NCBI GenBank assembly: GCA_044892505.1
Contig: CM097883.1
Span: 421,104,001 to 421,168,000 of the forward strand
Direction of reading: 5' to 3'
DNA: 64,000 nt
Source of the DNA: Schmidtea nova
Taxonomy: Eukaryota
The position numbers were made by a program, and so were the translations under genes. How positions within the stretch are numbered: the first letter of the stretch is position 1; each line of letters begins with the position of its first letter. The notes beneath the pieces are model-generated. The model was not told the DNA's origin and made no database searches. It worked only from the letters and a program-made list of their open reading frames with translations. Of the stretch, positions 48,446 through 61,500 are shown piece by piece.

Positions 48446-49619
48446 ATGATATATCAGAAGATATATTATTTTGCAAACCCATTCCTGGAAAGACCACCTC
48501 CATTGAAATTTTTAATAAATTGGACGGTTTTGTTGAAGAAAACGACATTTCGTGGAATAATTGCATTGGACTGTGTACTGACGGAGCTCACTCAATGTCC
48601 GGACACAAAGCAGGTCTTCAAGCATTGGTGGAAAAAAAAGCACCACATGTTATCTTGACGCAATGTATGCTTCACAGAGAAGCTCTAGTGTCAAAAAATA
48701 TGAGCGAGGAACTGAACAACATTTTCACAAAAATTTATAAAAATTATAAACTACATTAAGAACAGTCCCTTGAGAGCTAGGCTGTTTGCAAAACTTTGTG
48801 TTGATATGGAAGCTAATTATATTTCCCTTCTGTATTATTGTGAATTTCGCTGGCTATCTCGTGCAAAAGTCATTCAAAGGGTGTTTGAACTCAAAGAAGA
48901 AATAGCAATCTTTCTCGAAGAAAACCATCATGAAGAGGCACTTTTGTGGACTTGAAACTTGAAACTTGAAACTTACCTTTACTTGGATTCTTTAAAGGCC
49001 CAATACATTATTTGGCGAAATTTTATATATTTATTATATATGTATATGGATTTTTATGTCTTTCTGTTATGTGGGTATATATTTAACGATAATAAAGCAT
49101 ATTTTGTATTTCGTTATTTATTTTGGCATGGAAATTATAACTTATTAGAAAACAGACCATTTCGTTATTTTTAGCACTTCGAGTTTAAAATTACCAAATA
49201 AAAAATAACAAAATTTTAACTCTTTTACATAATAACAAGAAATGTCGAATTCCAGGCATTCTTTACCTTTAAACATCAAGATACTTATAACTATACATCT
49301 AAAAAAAATAGGCAGCTACTGAGACACACAAAAGCTCCGGGCCTTTAAAGATCCCACGCGACCGACGATGTAAGGAAAATGGGCGCTACCGACGTAGCGT
49401 TAATTAGTAATTTAATATACAAATAAATATACATGTTCGTATGTTATAGCAAAACCTTGTTTTTATTCTGTTAATTGCAGTTTTAATTTTTTTTTGTAAT
49501 AAAGTTATTTTTGTTTAAAAAGTGTTTTTCTTATTATATATAATAAAAAAAAGATGGGAACGCGCCAAGAAAAAAATTTTTTGGGGGAGGCTCGGTGGTA
49601 TAAAGGTTGGAAACCGCTG
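48446..49619 (+). mobile_element. hAT Buster/Charlie relic
   Basis: CIGLCTDGAHSM...CMLHREAL; LYYCEFRWLSRAKV; right TIR AAAGGTTGGAAACCGCTG ending at 49619. Confidence 0.85.
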
Positions 49620-49629
49620 CAGTAAACAG

Positions 49630-51560
49630 AAAGGAAATGATGCCCGTTTATTAGAAGGATGATGCAGAGAAAAGAAAGGACAACTAATGAAAGGACACGA
49701 ACAAATCACAGCAGAAGAAGCTGTAAAGTAATACAAAACGTAAACGAATCAGAAGAAAATAGATGGAGAATTTACATGATGACAAGTTATCAATCAGAAG
49801 TACAAAAACCTATAATCAAAGAAGCCCGCAAAGCAGAATTCAAATGAAGTAAATTTAAAAAATAACATGCCTTTGTCAAAGAAGAAGATTAGAAAAAGAT
49901 AAAATAGGAATAACTAAAAGCAGATATGTTGAAATTGGCAAACGGAAATTATCGTGCACAAAAAATAGAAAAATAAAGGAATAAACAAGAAAAGAGCAAG
50001 CCAAGGATCAAGTGGCTAATAACGATCAAACAGGACAGAACAGAAAAACAATAATTAAAAGCGAAGTTATAGAAGAAATGGACAAGATAGCGATAGATCA
50101 ACTTGTCACAGAAGATAGCGGTAATAAATATCGAGCAATAAATGATATAACAGAAGCCAAAGAGACGGAAGAGCAAATTAAAACGCAATACAGATGAATG
50201 CAGAAAATCAGCACGAAAAGAAAGAGAAAAAAGAGAATCAACAAGAACATTAAAATGAGTATACATATAAAAAGAACAAAGTTTCTAAAAATGGTCAAAA
50301 ACAATGACATTCAGAAAGAAATTGTTTCAAAGATAGAATCTGTTTAAAATGTGGAAAGAAAATATAAATGGAAATTGTCTGTAGAATTCGTGGGTGTTAT
50401 ATGTACAAGAAAAATGGGCATATCACGAAAAATTGTTGGGAACACAAGAAACAAATAGAAAGTCTCTAAAAAAAGAAATCATACAACAAGCGAAAATGTA
50501 ACAACGAAAAATAAAGAAGCAAAACAATACGAAGAGAAATGCCGAGGATAACTTAATAATAAATTATATATTATCACAAATAAATAAAATGATTGGACAG
50601 AAATGGCAGGGTATATGATGTGATGTTTTGAAATACGGAGAAGGAGAAGGAAGAGCAAAACTTAAGAAATGAGAAGATGGGAGCGAAACAAAAGAAATCG
50701 AACAAATAACCAAAAATGTTATTCCTAATTAAGAAGTACAAAAAGGCAAAAGGAATTTTGAAATCGAAAAACAAAAACAAGAAGAAATATTATATCTTGA
50801 CAGATTGTCAGAGATATCAAGAGTGCAGGAGAAAAGTCGGAATAACAAAAAAAGGAAAGCAGGGCATATCTCGACAACTGTCAGAAATAAAGCAGGGGCT
50901 ATGGCGAATGCCAGAGACAGAAATGGGGAAAACAAATTAATACGAATGCCGAGCTGGCGAACTATAAAATTGAAAGTCATCTTAGTTGAATCATAAGTTG
51001 AATTGTAGTAGAAACGTGAATTAGAGAAATTTGTAGTTGAGAAATTAAAAGTTTTTGGAAAAGTTATTGGAGAAGGCAGTAAAAAGAATAAATTGAAATG
51101 AGAGATCTTGGCTAGTGGAGAGCCCGAGCAAAGGGAAACCTGAGAGAAAATTGAATTAACAAAAGCGCGGATCAAAGAAATCAAATTAGAGCAAATTATA
51201 ATTAGTAAAATTCAAATTACGGAATATAATAATTGAATTTGACCTCCAGTTTGGAAAACATAACCAATTTGTTGACAAAATGGTAAAATATAAAAGCGGC
51301 AAGAAAACAGAAAATGGCCAGTTTGGTCGAAGAGAATTTTAAAGAGTTTTAAAGATTAAGTGAAAAGGAGATTTTCGTGCAGTAACATTAGCCAATCAAG
51401 CGTATCAGAAAGGCAATCTACCCTTGGTAGCCCTACTCCTATCGCTTAGACAAAGAGTGCAGTAAGAGAGGGTAGAAACATTAAAGATTTTACTGATTTT
51501 AGTTGTAGTGAATTCTCAGATTTGAATAAATAAAATTTATTGTGTTGGGTCTCAGTTATA
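49630..51560 (+). pseudogene. Highly degraded LTR-retrotransposon gag/pol relic
   Basis: A-rich coding-like sequence; decayed knuckle CYMYKKNGHITKNC at ~50395; RT-like KLKVFGKVIGEG at ~51040. Confidence 0.4.
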
Positions 51561-52589
51561 TTGCTTTTAAAGGAGAACGAGGAGTCAGAAAGTAGACCGA
51601 CTTAAATTAATAACCCAACAAAGTGAATAGTTGGAAAACGTGCATACAAAGGAAAATTAAAGAATATTTAAATTAAACGTATCAAAACAAGAATTAGCCG
51701 AATTAGAAAGAGCAAAGGCCTATCGAGTAAACACCCAAGTCAAATTAAGAAATTAATCATATTGATTTACCAATTATTGAATTAGAGGCATCAGTTAGTG
51801 ATAGTTAATTCAAGGTGTTGTACAAATTTATGCTATTCTTCATGTAGTATCGTAATAAACACTGTTTAACAACCGACGGTGATAAAAAATTGATAGTATC
51901 TTTGTAATTTTTGTAACCATTTGTAATAATCAATAAAGGTTTATATTGTCTGAAATTGTTATTTTGCTTGTCAATTAAAGCACGCTTAGAGTCAGGTAAT
52001 TAATTGATAATTTTATAATTCAACATCATTCCAATAGCCCAAAATAATTTTATCTGAGTAAACAATTTTATTTGATTTTGACAATAAAATATTGTTTTTC
52101 TTAAGCAATTAGGTATTTCTTATTTATTAATGGTAATTTAATTAAAAATAAATTCAATTGTTATCATTTTATTAAGAACTAAATACTTTAATTTATTTAA
52201 AAATGTAAAAAGACATTCGTAAGTTGGTTCTTGGTTGATTGATAGATTTTTTTATGCCGAGACCGTTCATACTTTGTTGGCTAATTGGAAGTTGGTGATT
52301 CTATAGAACTGGTTGTTGTTAGTTAGTGTGTATAGAGTTAATAGATAGTTCGTTATTTAATTAGTAAATGGCTAATGCAAATAACTAGTTGGTAAGTATG
52401 TAGATCTAGTAAGTTATTGAGTACTTAGTTGGTTAGTGTGGAAAGTGGGTCATTAGTTTTTTTAATGATTAATAGACGGCTAGTCTGTATAACTAGTTGG
52501 TAAGTAAGTACTTGGTGTGTGCTTGAATAGTGGTTAAAGAGTTATTAGGTGGTTGGTTGATATGTATACGTTTTATTCCTAGAATTAGT

Positions 52590-55500
52590 TAGTTCTAAAG
52601 GGGAAGATCAAGCGAGAATGGATAAATACTTTGTAAGCTTTAAGTTTTTGCCACCCACGCAAATCCGAATCAGCAAGTTTTTTGGTGTCTTTGAGTGCCT
52701 CTAGTAGAATGTCATAAGGATTTTTGTTAGTTCCTTCGCCCACTTGCACACCTGGTATTGATAAAATTCATTAGATAGTAGTTTTTTTATTTTAACTCCA
52801 TTGATTGAAATTTCACTGTCAATGTGAATTCTAGGAAGTTGCAGATAAGCACATTTCTCTGGCCGATATTCAAAGCCTATATTGGTTGCAGTTGTGACAG
52901 CAGTTTCAAGGAGTTTTTGCAGGTCATTAGAAGTTTTAGCTAAAATTGCGATGTCATCAGAATCCGCGAGAATTTTGACAGTTGATTCTTCAATAGTAAA
53001 AGCATCACAGACCGTTCTGGAAACAACTTCCAACACAGGATTAATCGCCAAAGCAGACAAAATCATGGAGATGGGACATCCTTGCTTAACACCCTTTTTA
53101 ATTGGGATTTTTGGTGTCAAAATAGGATCACAACTATAGAAGGAGCTCGTGTCAGAATATAAAAGTTGTAAGATCTAGTTGTAAAATCTTCACTTACCCC
53201 AGTGTATCGGAGTAAAGACAACATGTAATCATGTGGGACACTACCAAAAGCATCCTTTATGTCGAGCCAAGCAATGGAAAGAGGACAGTTTTTACTATAT
53301 TTGGAATGTTCCAGGGCAGCAGACAGAATCGAGTTGTGTTCAACGTTACCTTCATGTTGGGAGCCACCTTTTTGTCCAACATGTAATAGGTTATTAGAGT
53401 TTATTCAGCGTGTAAGACGAGAGGCTAGACAGGACGCACAAACTTTGTAGATGACGGATAGCAAGGCAATCGGGCGCCAGGATGATATATCTGAATATTT
53501 ATCATCTTTATTAGGTTTCGGAATTAGAATGGTTTTGAAGACCTTCCAACTGTCAGGTATGGACTTTTATGTAATGATTTTGTTGAACAAGAAAGTAAGT
53601 ATATGACATCAGGATCTAGACGCAACAAGTCACTATATTGTAATCCATCAATACCAGGACTAGTGTTGTCAGCCCTCCTAAGTTCATACATCACTTCCTT
53701 ATTCGAGAAGCATCACAGAGGAAGTAAATTTTGAGAGTGTTTACAAGTCAATGCCCATGTACAGGTGTTTCATGCGAAAAGTTTTTAACTATGTTCTGAA
53801 AAGTTGGTCGAGTAGGTACATCGAAATTGTTGATGACCTTATTGACAGCTGACTTCATATCTTTTATGAATATCAATTTATTTTTGCTAATTTTAGAAGT
53901 TTTAATTCTGGTTCCCAAGTATGGTCTTTTAGCTGGTTTCACTTTGTCAGGGAATTGCTCCATAATCGCATGAATAATTTCATTTGTACTATAATTTGCA
54001 CATTTAATTAAAAATAGTTCAGCATTATTTTTCTTTTGTTTTATCGGAACGCTCAATATAGTTTTATGAATAATTTTAGTGTTACCCGGGTTTTCTATAT
54101 TATCCTATTGCCTGACAAAGATAATCAAAGAACCAACCACGTCTCCAATCTAGCGCAAGTTAAAATTTCCAAGGGGCAAATTTTTCGAAAAATTATTAAT
54201 AAACGCACACAAGAGAATTTTACTAACTAGACCTGAGCTGCGGATTTCATGGGGACATTCAGAAAGATTCAAAACGCGGCCAGGTGTATCTTTTATGTCA
54301 TTTATTTTATTTCTCAGAATTCTACAAGTAGACAGATAATTATCGATCACAGTCAAAGATGTTGGGTTTACAAGATAAAAGGTGTCAACACTAATCAAGA
54401 ATGAGCAAATTTTCACGATGTTTAGGGGGAGCAACAATCGCAAAGATGATTTGTGATTTGCATACATTTTTAAAATTCAGAAAATCATTTATGTGTTGAG
54501 TACAATCGTCAAGAATAGCCGTGTACATGGTCGCACTCAAAAAAAAAGTCTTGGGTAAATTTAAATTATCAAAAAACATTGAAATTATTTTATCCGAAAT
54601 TTTAGTATTAAGTAAGTTAAGATTCTGAGAGATTTCATTTGTTTCCATTAATTTTATTGAGTTTAGTGATTTGTGTATATTTAAAAAATGAATAACTTTA
54701 TTAAACAAAAAATTCTCAAGAAGCTCAATAAAAACCGACGGAAAGAGAATTGTATCATCAGAGATGTTGGGCACCAGTTCCAAGCCGTGGTCTGGTTTAA
54801 AAAAATGTTTGTTGAAAGAAAGAACTTATTCAAGTAGTCAGTAATATTTTCGCCGATGCCAAGTAAACGGTCAGAAATATTTTTTCTTTATTGTTAAAAA
54901 CGTAACTTGCACCATGTGTAATAGAAAAAAGATCTAAACACCAATAATTATCATTTGGGATAACACTGATGACATGGTTAATCCCCAAGAAATTTTTAAA
55001 CGTGACATTTTCTCTAATAAATGAGTTATTTCTAGAGATTATATTTAGTGTCAGTTCTTGTGACAAGACCAAGATGTCTTTATGGTCTTTAAACCATTCG
55101 GCAATCAAAGACGTTTCATAAGGAAGATGTGGTAGTGTTTATTAGAAATATTTAGAGTTGTGGCTTTTTTCACTCTCTTAAGGTTAATAAGTTGAGATTC
55201 ACCACCTCCAGATGATTTTTGGACTATGCTATTTAAAGTAAGTTTAAATTGGTGGACATCTTTTCTAATATTTTCTATAAAATCATCAGGAAATTTTTGC
55301 CATGTACCACTTATCATCATAGCATAAGCACAGATGTAGGGCCCACAGTCATAGTTATTATATTGGTAGACAAAGTTTTTATGTGGGTGGAAAAATAGTG
55401 CAGCTTTAAGGTTAAAAAGACTATTCAAAGCGATTTTAGTTTGAAGAGCGGCGGTTCTATTGGTCAACGAATGGCGGTTGTTAAAAAGAGGATATACAAA

Positions 55501-58238
55501 GTATGAAGTTAAAGAAGTTTTACAATACACAAAAAGAATCCAATGAGTTTTATGAATATTTATTGTACATAGTAGAGTTTGCGCAGATAATGCTCTGTCT
55601 GTCATTCGAAAAATGGTTTCGCAAAGATTTGCCCGTAAAATTTCTATTTGAAAGCATTTTATTGGAGCAAATTTAAGGTCATTGATGTGACATTCAAGGT
55701 AGTTATCAATGTCATCATCAGTAAACCATATTTTTGGGTCACGCAATATATTTGTGATTTTAGATGGTTTAAATTTATTGGAAAATGTGCTGTCTGCATC
55801 AGTCTCTGTTGAGATTGGGGCAGATATTGAGACTGGCGCAGGCACACAACTTCATTTGTTTTTGATAGCCGTACGTTTGGTTTTTTTAATAGGCTTTTTC
55901 GAAGAGTCTTTAGACTCACTATCAATTAGTTCAGGGTTTGATGTCATATTTTCATCAATATCGACAGGAAGCTTATTTGTAGGGTTTTCTACCAAATTGT
56001 AATTTATTTCAGCCTCATCGCATTCAGGAATAGAAAAAAGAGGCTCATTTACAAGCTTTTCAGTATTCTCATTATTCCCCATCACAGGCTTATCAACCTT
56101 TTCTATAGCAGGCTTTTTATTGACAGTGAGCTTAATAGAGCCTAAGATTCTAGATATACATTCGCTCATTTCTGGAGTACAAATCTTTCTACAGTATTGG
56201 GGAACGCGGAAGGTAAATTTATATTTTTAGAAGAAAAGTTTTTTTATCTCTAACAAGAAAGAATAAAAGTCTTTTAGCTTTCAAGGTGTTTGAGTTATTC
56301 AAATCGTCTTGGAATTCGTTAATTCCACGTCCTATATTTTCAAGCGCCGTTAGTTGTTGTCCTTTATTTGGCAAAAGATTATCGATAGAATCAAAGAAGT
56401 TGTTAATATCCGAAATAGTTTTTGGAGAGATGATGTTGTTTATCTTATCGATCTCTTGAAGTATAAAAGTTTGTTTGAGTCTTAGGAAGCGCTCTTGGCA
56501 GCTTGTGTTATAATAGGAGTTGGTAGGTAGTTTTTTAATTAGTTCCATAGCCCATGATTCAATATTATCGCAGCATAGGGAGTCGACAGTCTCAAGGTTC
56601 ACAATCGAGTGCATTAGGAAGCAATTATGAATGTAATTATAAACATATATATTAAATGATAAATTCATTTTGCATTTTAAAGATCCTTGTAAGTTAAGGT
56701 AATTTAAATAAAATATTGTATTAATTAATTTCTCAGGTGACTGAGGCTGTTTTAATAATTTATTGAACTCAATGTCCACATTTGACATTTCTACAAAGTC
56801 TAATAAGCCAAGATTACACATTATGTTAGACGCACCATTATCGTGCAGTCCAGCAGAGTTTTGAAAAATTTTATTTTTAATAAATTTACCCTCCACAAAT
56901 GAAATCTCATTAGGAAAATCTTTTATAGTTTTTAATTCTTTAATTAAATTAATTAATAAATCAGGATACCTGTCCGCGTTTTCCAATAAGTAGAGCTTTG
57001 GAATTTCAGGAAAGGATCTTGTTAACTCTTCCAATTCAGAACGATAAAGATCGATTGGGTTTAGATCAGTGCTGTCGCCAACTAATTCATCGGTATTAAT
57101 AAGGTCCAACAGAATAAACTTTCCATTTGAATACTTTATCTGAGAATTGATCAAGAAATTCGGCATCTCTCCACGTTGTTTTAGTTCGTCAAAAATTTTA
57201 TTAATTCGGATCTCCCGATCCTTAACATTTTTTATCGTAATAGTTCCTGAAAATGTATCTGTGAGGGCATAAAAAACTTCTTTATGCAAAGAGAGGCAGG
57301 AATAAACTTATTACCGTTACTCAAGGGTTCAGTAACTTTCGAGCCTATTAGGTAAGTTTTATTTTTAGATTTTTTACCATCAAGAACATTTTTTTTATAA
57401 TCCCAAGCTCAACCAAGACACAAATATATCTATTTTTATAAAAGAGCTTACTAAATCCAGCGATACCCAGCAAGTTGTCCGTTCTCGGAATCTTACCTAG
57501 TAAATAATTTATTTTAGAAAATGTCTGTGCTGATTCTCTTAATTTTATCAATTGAGAAAATTGTGAGAATGATTCTAAAAGTTTTTGTCTTTCTCTTTTA
57601 TAAAGATGACGTGGGAAACTTGTTGGGAAACGTTCAACCTTTGAAAAAATTTTTACAGGACTTTTATCATGATTTTTCCCATCAAACTTAGTCTAAACTA
57701 TAGAATTTGACTTCTTAAGTTCAGCAGACTTCTTATCTACTTCCCCTCCGACAAGAAAACTTTCATTTGATTTGGCATTGATCAAATTGTCCAGTTTAAG
57801 CTCTGGCAAATCAACTTTTTCTGAATCTGCTGAAATTAATTGAGATTTTTTATTAATATCATTTTTAAATAAACTAATTTTTATCTGGGACGGCTCAATA
57901 TTATCCCCTTTCAAGTCCTCGACCAGAGAAATCCTCCTATTACCTCCTAAAGTAAATCCATCAACATTTGGGTGCTGATCCACAGATTGAACACTATCAG
58001 CATTTCCAATCTCATACAATCGTTGCGATTTCGCAAGATTGTCAAAAAAGGAAACATTATTTTTATCAAAAAAGCGTGTTTCATTGTTAGTTAAATTAAA
58101 AAAAATAACAATCAAATCAAGCTTAATAAGAATTTTCTTGAATGAAGCATCTAGCTCGTTCACACGAGAGGAGAGAACACATTGTTCATCTCCAAATTTA
58201 CTTTCACCATTAGGCATTTGAGTTTTAGTTGGAATCAT
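52590..58238 (-). mobile_element. NeSL/R2-clade non-LTR retrotransposon, one long ORF broken by frameshifts, 3'-truncated
   Basis: Collinear minus-strand ORF pieces from 58238 down through a C48 protease to RT (SPGIDG, ILIPKP, WRPIALL, QKG, WLDIKDAFGSVPH, GVKQGCPIS); ends at HSRLIFPFRT with no REL endonuclease. Confidence 0.85.
55105..55845 (-). CDS. Ulp1/C48 (SUMO-protease-like) domain of the retroelement
   Basis: WFTDDDIDNYL, INIHKTHWILFV (His), FVYPL (Asp position reads Tyr, codon TAT), QYNNYDCGPY (Gln, Cys). Confidence 0.8.
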   Translation of the reverse strand: MPAPVSISAPISTETDADSTFSNKFKPSKITNILRDPKIWFTDDDIDNYLECHINDLKFAPIKCFQIEILRANLCETIFRMTDRALSAQTLLCTINIHKTHWILFVYCKTSLTSYFVYPLFNNRHSLTNRTAALQTKIALNSLFNLKAALFFHPHKNFVYQYNNYDCGPYICAYAMMISGTWQKFPDDFIENIRKDVHQFKLTLNSIVQKSSGGGESQLINLKRVKKATTLNISNKHYHIFLMKRL

Positions 58239-58823
58239 TTTTAAAAAGAGAAGAATCCTAACCTATTATGTCATAAAAGTGCATTGAGAACTAGTTCATT
58301 TTGGAATTTTAAAATATTATGTCAATCTTTTCTCTTTATAAAAATCCTCTGTGCTTTTTTTCAAACTATTTAATTGTATGTTTGATGCTTAACTTGAACT
58401 GAGTACATCTTTATGATTTTTAGATAATCTGAAAGATGTAAACTCATGTATGAAAAATCAGTGTATAAATATACAGAGAACATTTTTTTTACCTTTTTAG
58501 GTTTTTTTTGTGAGCGTATTATTTGTAATTTTTTATTCAGATTTTTATTTTATGACTGGAAATTTAGAAAATTTTATTTGTATTTAATCTAATATTTTAT
58601 TTTATAATAATTTTACTTTAAAATAATTTAATCTCTCGAAATTATTGTCCACTTTCAGATTTTCAAAAATTTAATATTTATATTAGAAACAGGAAAAATG
58701 GTAGAAGTATTTGATTTAGATGAAGACTATAGCATAGGGATAAATAGATATAGGCTTAATATACACATTGATCCATCCACTAACAATATCTCTCCTGATG
58801 AAAAGAACAATTTACCATCATAA

Positions 58824-58990
58824 CAGCCTTGAGATTCAGATAATAATCTATTTTATCTTTTGACAATTATATTGTGTGACAAATTCATTCAGCCTTGTGA
58901 TCCAGATAACAATCAATATAATCTTTTGACAATTTTATTGTGACAAATTCATTAAGCTTTGTGATTTATATAACAATCTATCTCATCTTT
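58824..58990. repeat. Minisatellite, 64-66 bp x ~2.6
   Basis: Units begin at 58824, 58890 and 58954 (CAGCCTTG.GAT.CAGATAA...TGACAAATTCATT). Confidence 0.8.
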
Positions 58991-60215
58991 ATCTGACCTG
59001 TTATTTATTTGTACTTTTGTTTAAATTTCAAATTATTATTATTATTAGGTTAAAATTAATATTATTGTTAGAATTATTATTATTACTACTATTGTAAAGA
59101 ATTATTGTTGTTATTATTATTTTGATTATATACATTAAAATTAATTTTTCCTTTCAAACTAAATTTTAAAACTTGATAAAAATATTCATTTGTTTAAAAT
59201 ATGTAATTTGATAATTAGAATCTACACAGTAAAAATCTGAATTGTTGTCCAATTTTCTAAAATTCAATGCAAAATCTATTTTCCATGAATTGTCTAAGAA
59301 TATCTAGCATCGTAAGAAATTATGAATTTATATAAAAATTCACAATTTTAACCCTACAAAAATCAATAATTATTTATATTCGTAGAATTTGGTTTCAGGA
59401 ACTTTAGAGTAAACAAAACGGATATTTGCTGTTCAAAGTAATAAATATTTTTCTCAAAGGACTGAGACCAAATTAAAGACTAATGGAATTTTTCCTATAA
59501 TTTTGAAAATTTATTTTTGCAAGAAAGTTCTTTTTGTAATTTTAATATTCTTGTTTATTGGTAGCATATATTTAACTTTATATAATTAAATAACTAAGAA
59601 TTCTAAGTTTTTAAAGTTATATAATAAGTAATTATAAAAGCAAGAAAATTTTTAATTGGAAAACCGACAACATCAGCTTTGTTTCGTATTAGATAGAGTA
59701 ATACTTTTTAAGAAGAAAATTGTTTGCTTTTTATTTAATTAATGCTGCTATCAAGAAACTATCATTTTATTATAATTAAAATCATTATTATTATTTTTGT
59801 TGAAGTTATTATTATTATAATTATTTTTTAAATTATCATTATTGGTGAATTATTTTTATTTCAACAAGAGCACTAAAAGCTCATTGTTTCTTTTAAACAA
59901 ACAAAAGGCACTTAGTTCCAGAAAAGAAAAGCACCAACTGTTCAAAAATAAACACTGCACATTTTGTGCAAACGATTTTTAAAAAAATATAAAAACAAAG
60001 TGTGTTGACACTCAAAATGGAGTGTCAACAAAAATTTAATATATTAGTAGACGGATTTTTCAGTCAAACGACCCTTAAAATCTTGTAATCTAAGAAGAGT
60101 TACAATTTCGGTAGACGACATTTGTAACATAATTTAGAGCATACAGAATTTACACATCCGAGCTCAGGAAGCTGCATTCACTTACACAACAATAAAAAAC
60201 ATGAATAGATCTATA

Positions 60216-60710
60216 CAGGCCCAGCCCAAGGGCCAGGCGACCTAGGCCATAGCCTAGGGCGCCTTTTTTTAGAGGGCGCCAAAATTTATTATAAACAATC
60301 AAAGAAAATTATAAAATAAGCCTCCAAAACTTTATATTTTGAAATTTATCTATGAAACCAACCAGTTTTTGTTAACATTATCTGTCTGGTACGTACTTTT
60401 GTCAAAATTTAATATTGTCAGCAAATCCATGCAAAAAGCTACATTTGATATGAGTAACGCCATCGAGCTTCTTCGGAATTGTAAGATTTTTCTAGAAAAT
60501 TATAGAGACTCCGGTTTTTCTGATGCTTTAAAATCGGCCAAAGATCTCGCTGCGCTATTAAACGTGAACGCACAATTTAAAGCTGTAAGAATCAGAAGGC
60601 GAAAAAAACAATTTAGTTATGAGTGTGACGATGAAACTCTAGATGTAAATGACCCAGAAAAATATCTATACATATATATTGATAACAGTCTCATTTTTAT
60701 TAAAAGGTAA
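60216..60710 (+). mobile_element. Internally deleted hAT: 5' end joined to a transposase fragment
   Basis: CAGGCCCAGCCC...CCTAGGCC...CCTAGGGCGCC terminus; ORF 60339-60710 VWYVLLSKFNIVSK...RIRRRKKQFSYE. Confidence 0.75.
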
Positions 60711-61242
60711 ATTTTATTAACCTGTAAAATATTTCTAATAGTTAAATAAAACTTAATAATCAGACTTTGTGTTTTTATTTATATACGAGCCGTCAAGTTG
60801 AGATTCTCGCAACCTCGACATTTATTTTTAAAATTTTCTTCTTATATCATTCCTATAGCTTGCTTATAGTTCATTTTAAAATTTCTAAATATTATGTCAT
60901 TAAAACCCGCAGCTTGGCTTATTTTACCTTTTTTATAACTTTTTAAATATTATGCCATTGTTCAGTCTTTAAAAATTTTTCCTGATTTATTGTATATTCA
61001 AATTATTTTAATTTAACCACATGTTTCTTACCTTTCTTAAATTTAGTACAATTAAAATCTCAGTACAAAAATTTATAAATTATATTTTACTTGTTCAAAA
61101 TTTTTTCACGTGTTTTTATTTACTGCAAAAGTCTGTATTCAAAATTTTATTTAAAAATAGAGTTCTTTTCTGCCTGAAAAAATGTGAGAGTTGAAAATTT
61201 AACTATTGAAAACATCAAGAATTATTTTCAGTTCATTTTAAC

Positions 61243-61500
61243 GGTGTGCCGACATTTAAACATGCTACACTTTAACAGACAGATTAACATGCGACATTTT
61301 AACATAGACCCACTTTAACATACGACAGATTAACATAGTCTATGTTAATATGTCACAGTGTTAATCTGTCGTATGTTAATGTGTGTACATGTTAATCTGT
61401 CACAGTGTTAATTTGTCGTATGTTAAAGTGGGTCTATGTTAAAATGTTGCATGTTAATCTGTCTATGTTAAAGTGTCGCAAGTTTAAATGTCATGTAACC
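61243..61500. mobile_element. Mutator-like MITE, 258 bp
   Basis: Perfect 9-bp TSD CATTTTAAC (61234-61242; 61501-61509); palindromic body of TTAACAT/ATGTTAA subrepeats; same termini as 11695-12808. Confidence 0.88.

Noticed and set aside
52260-52590. GT-rich stretch with repeated ATAACTAGTTGGTAAGTA next to the NeSL RT, considered as a specific target site
   Set aside because: No resemblance to SL RNA, U2 or rDNA that I can recognise, and the element is truncated here.
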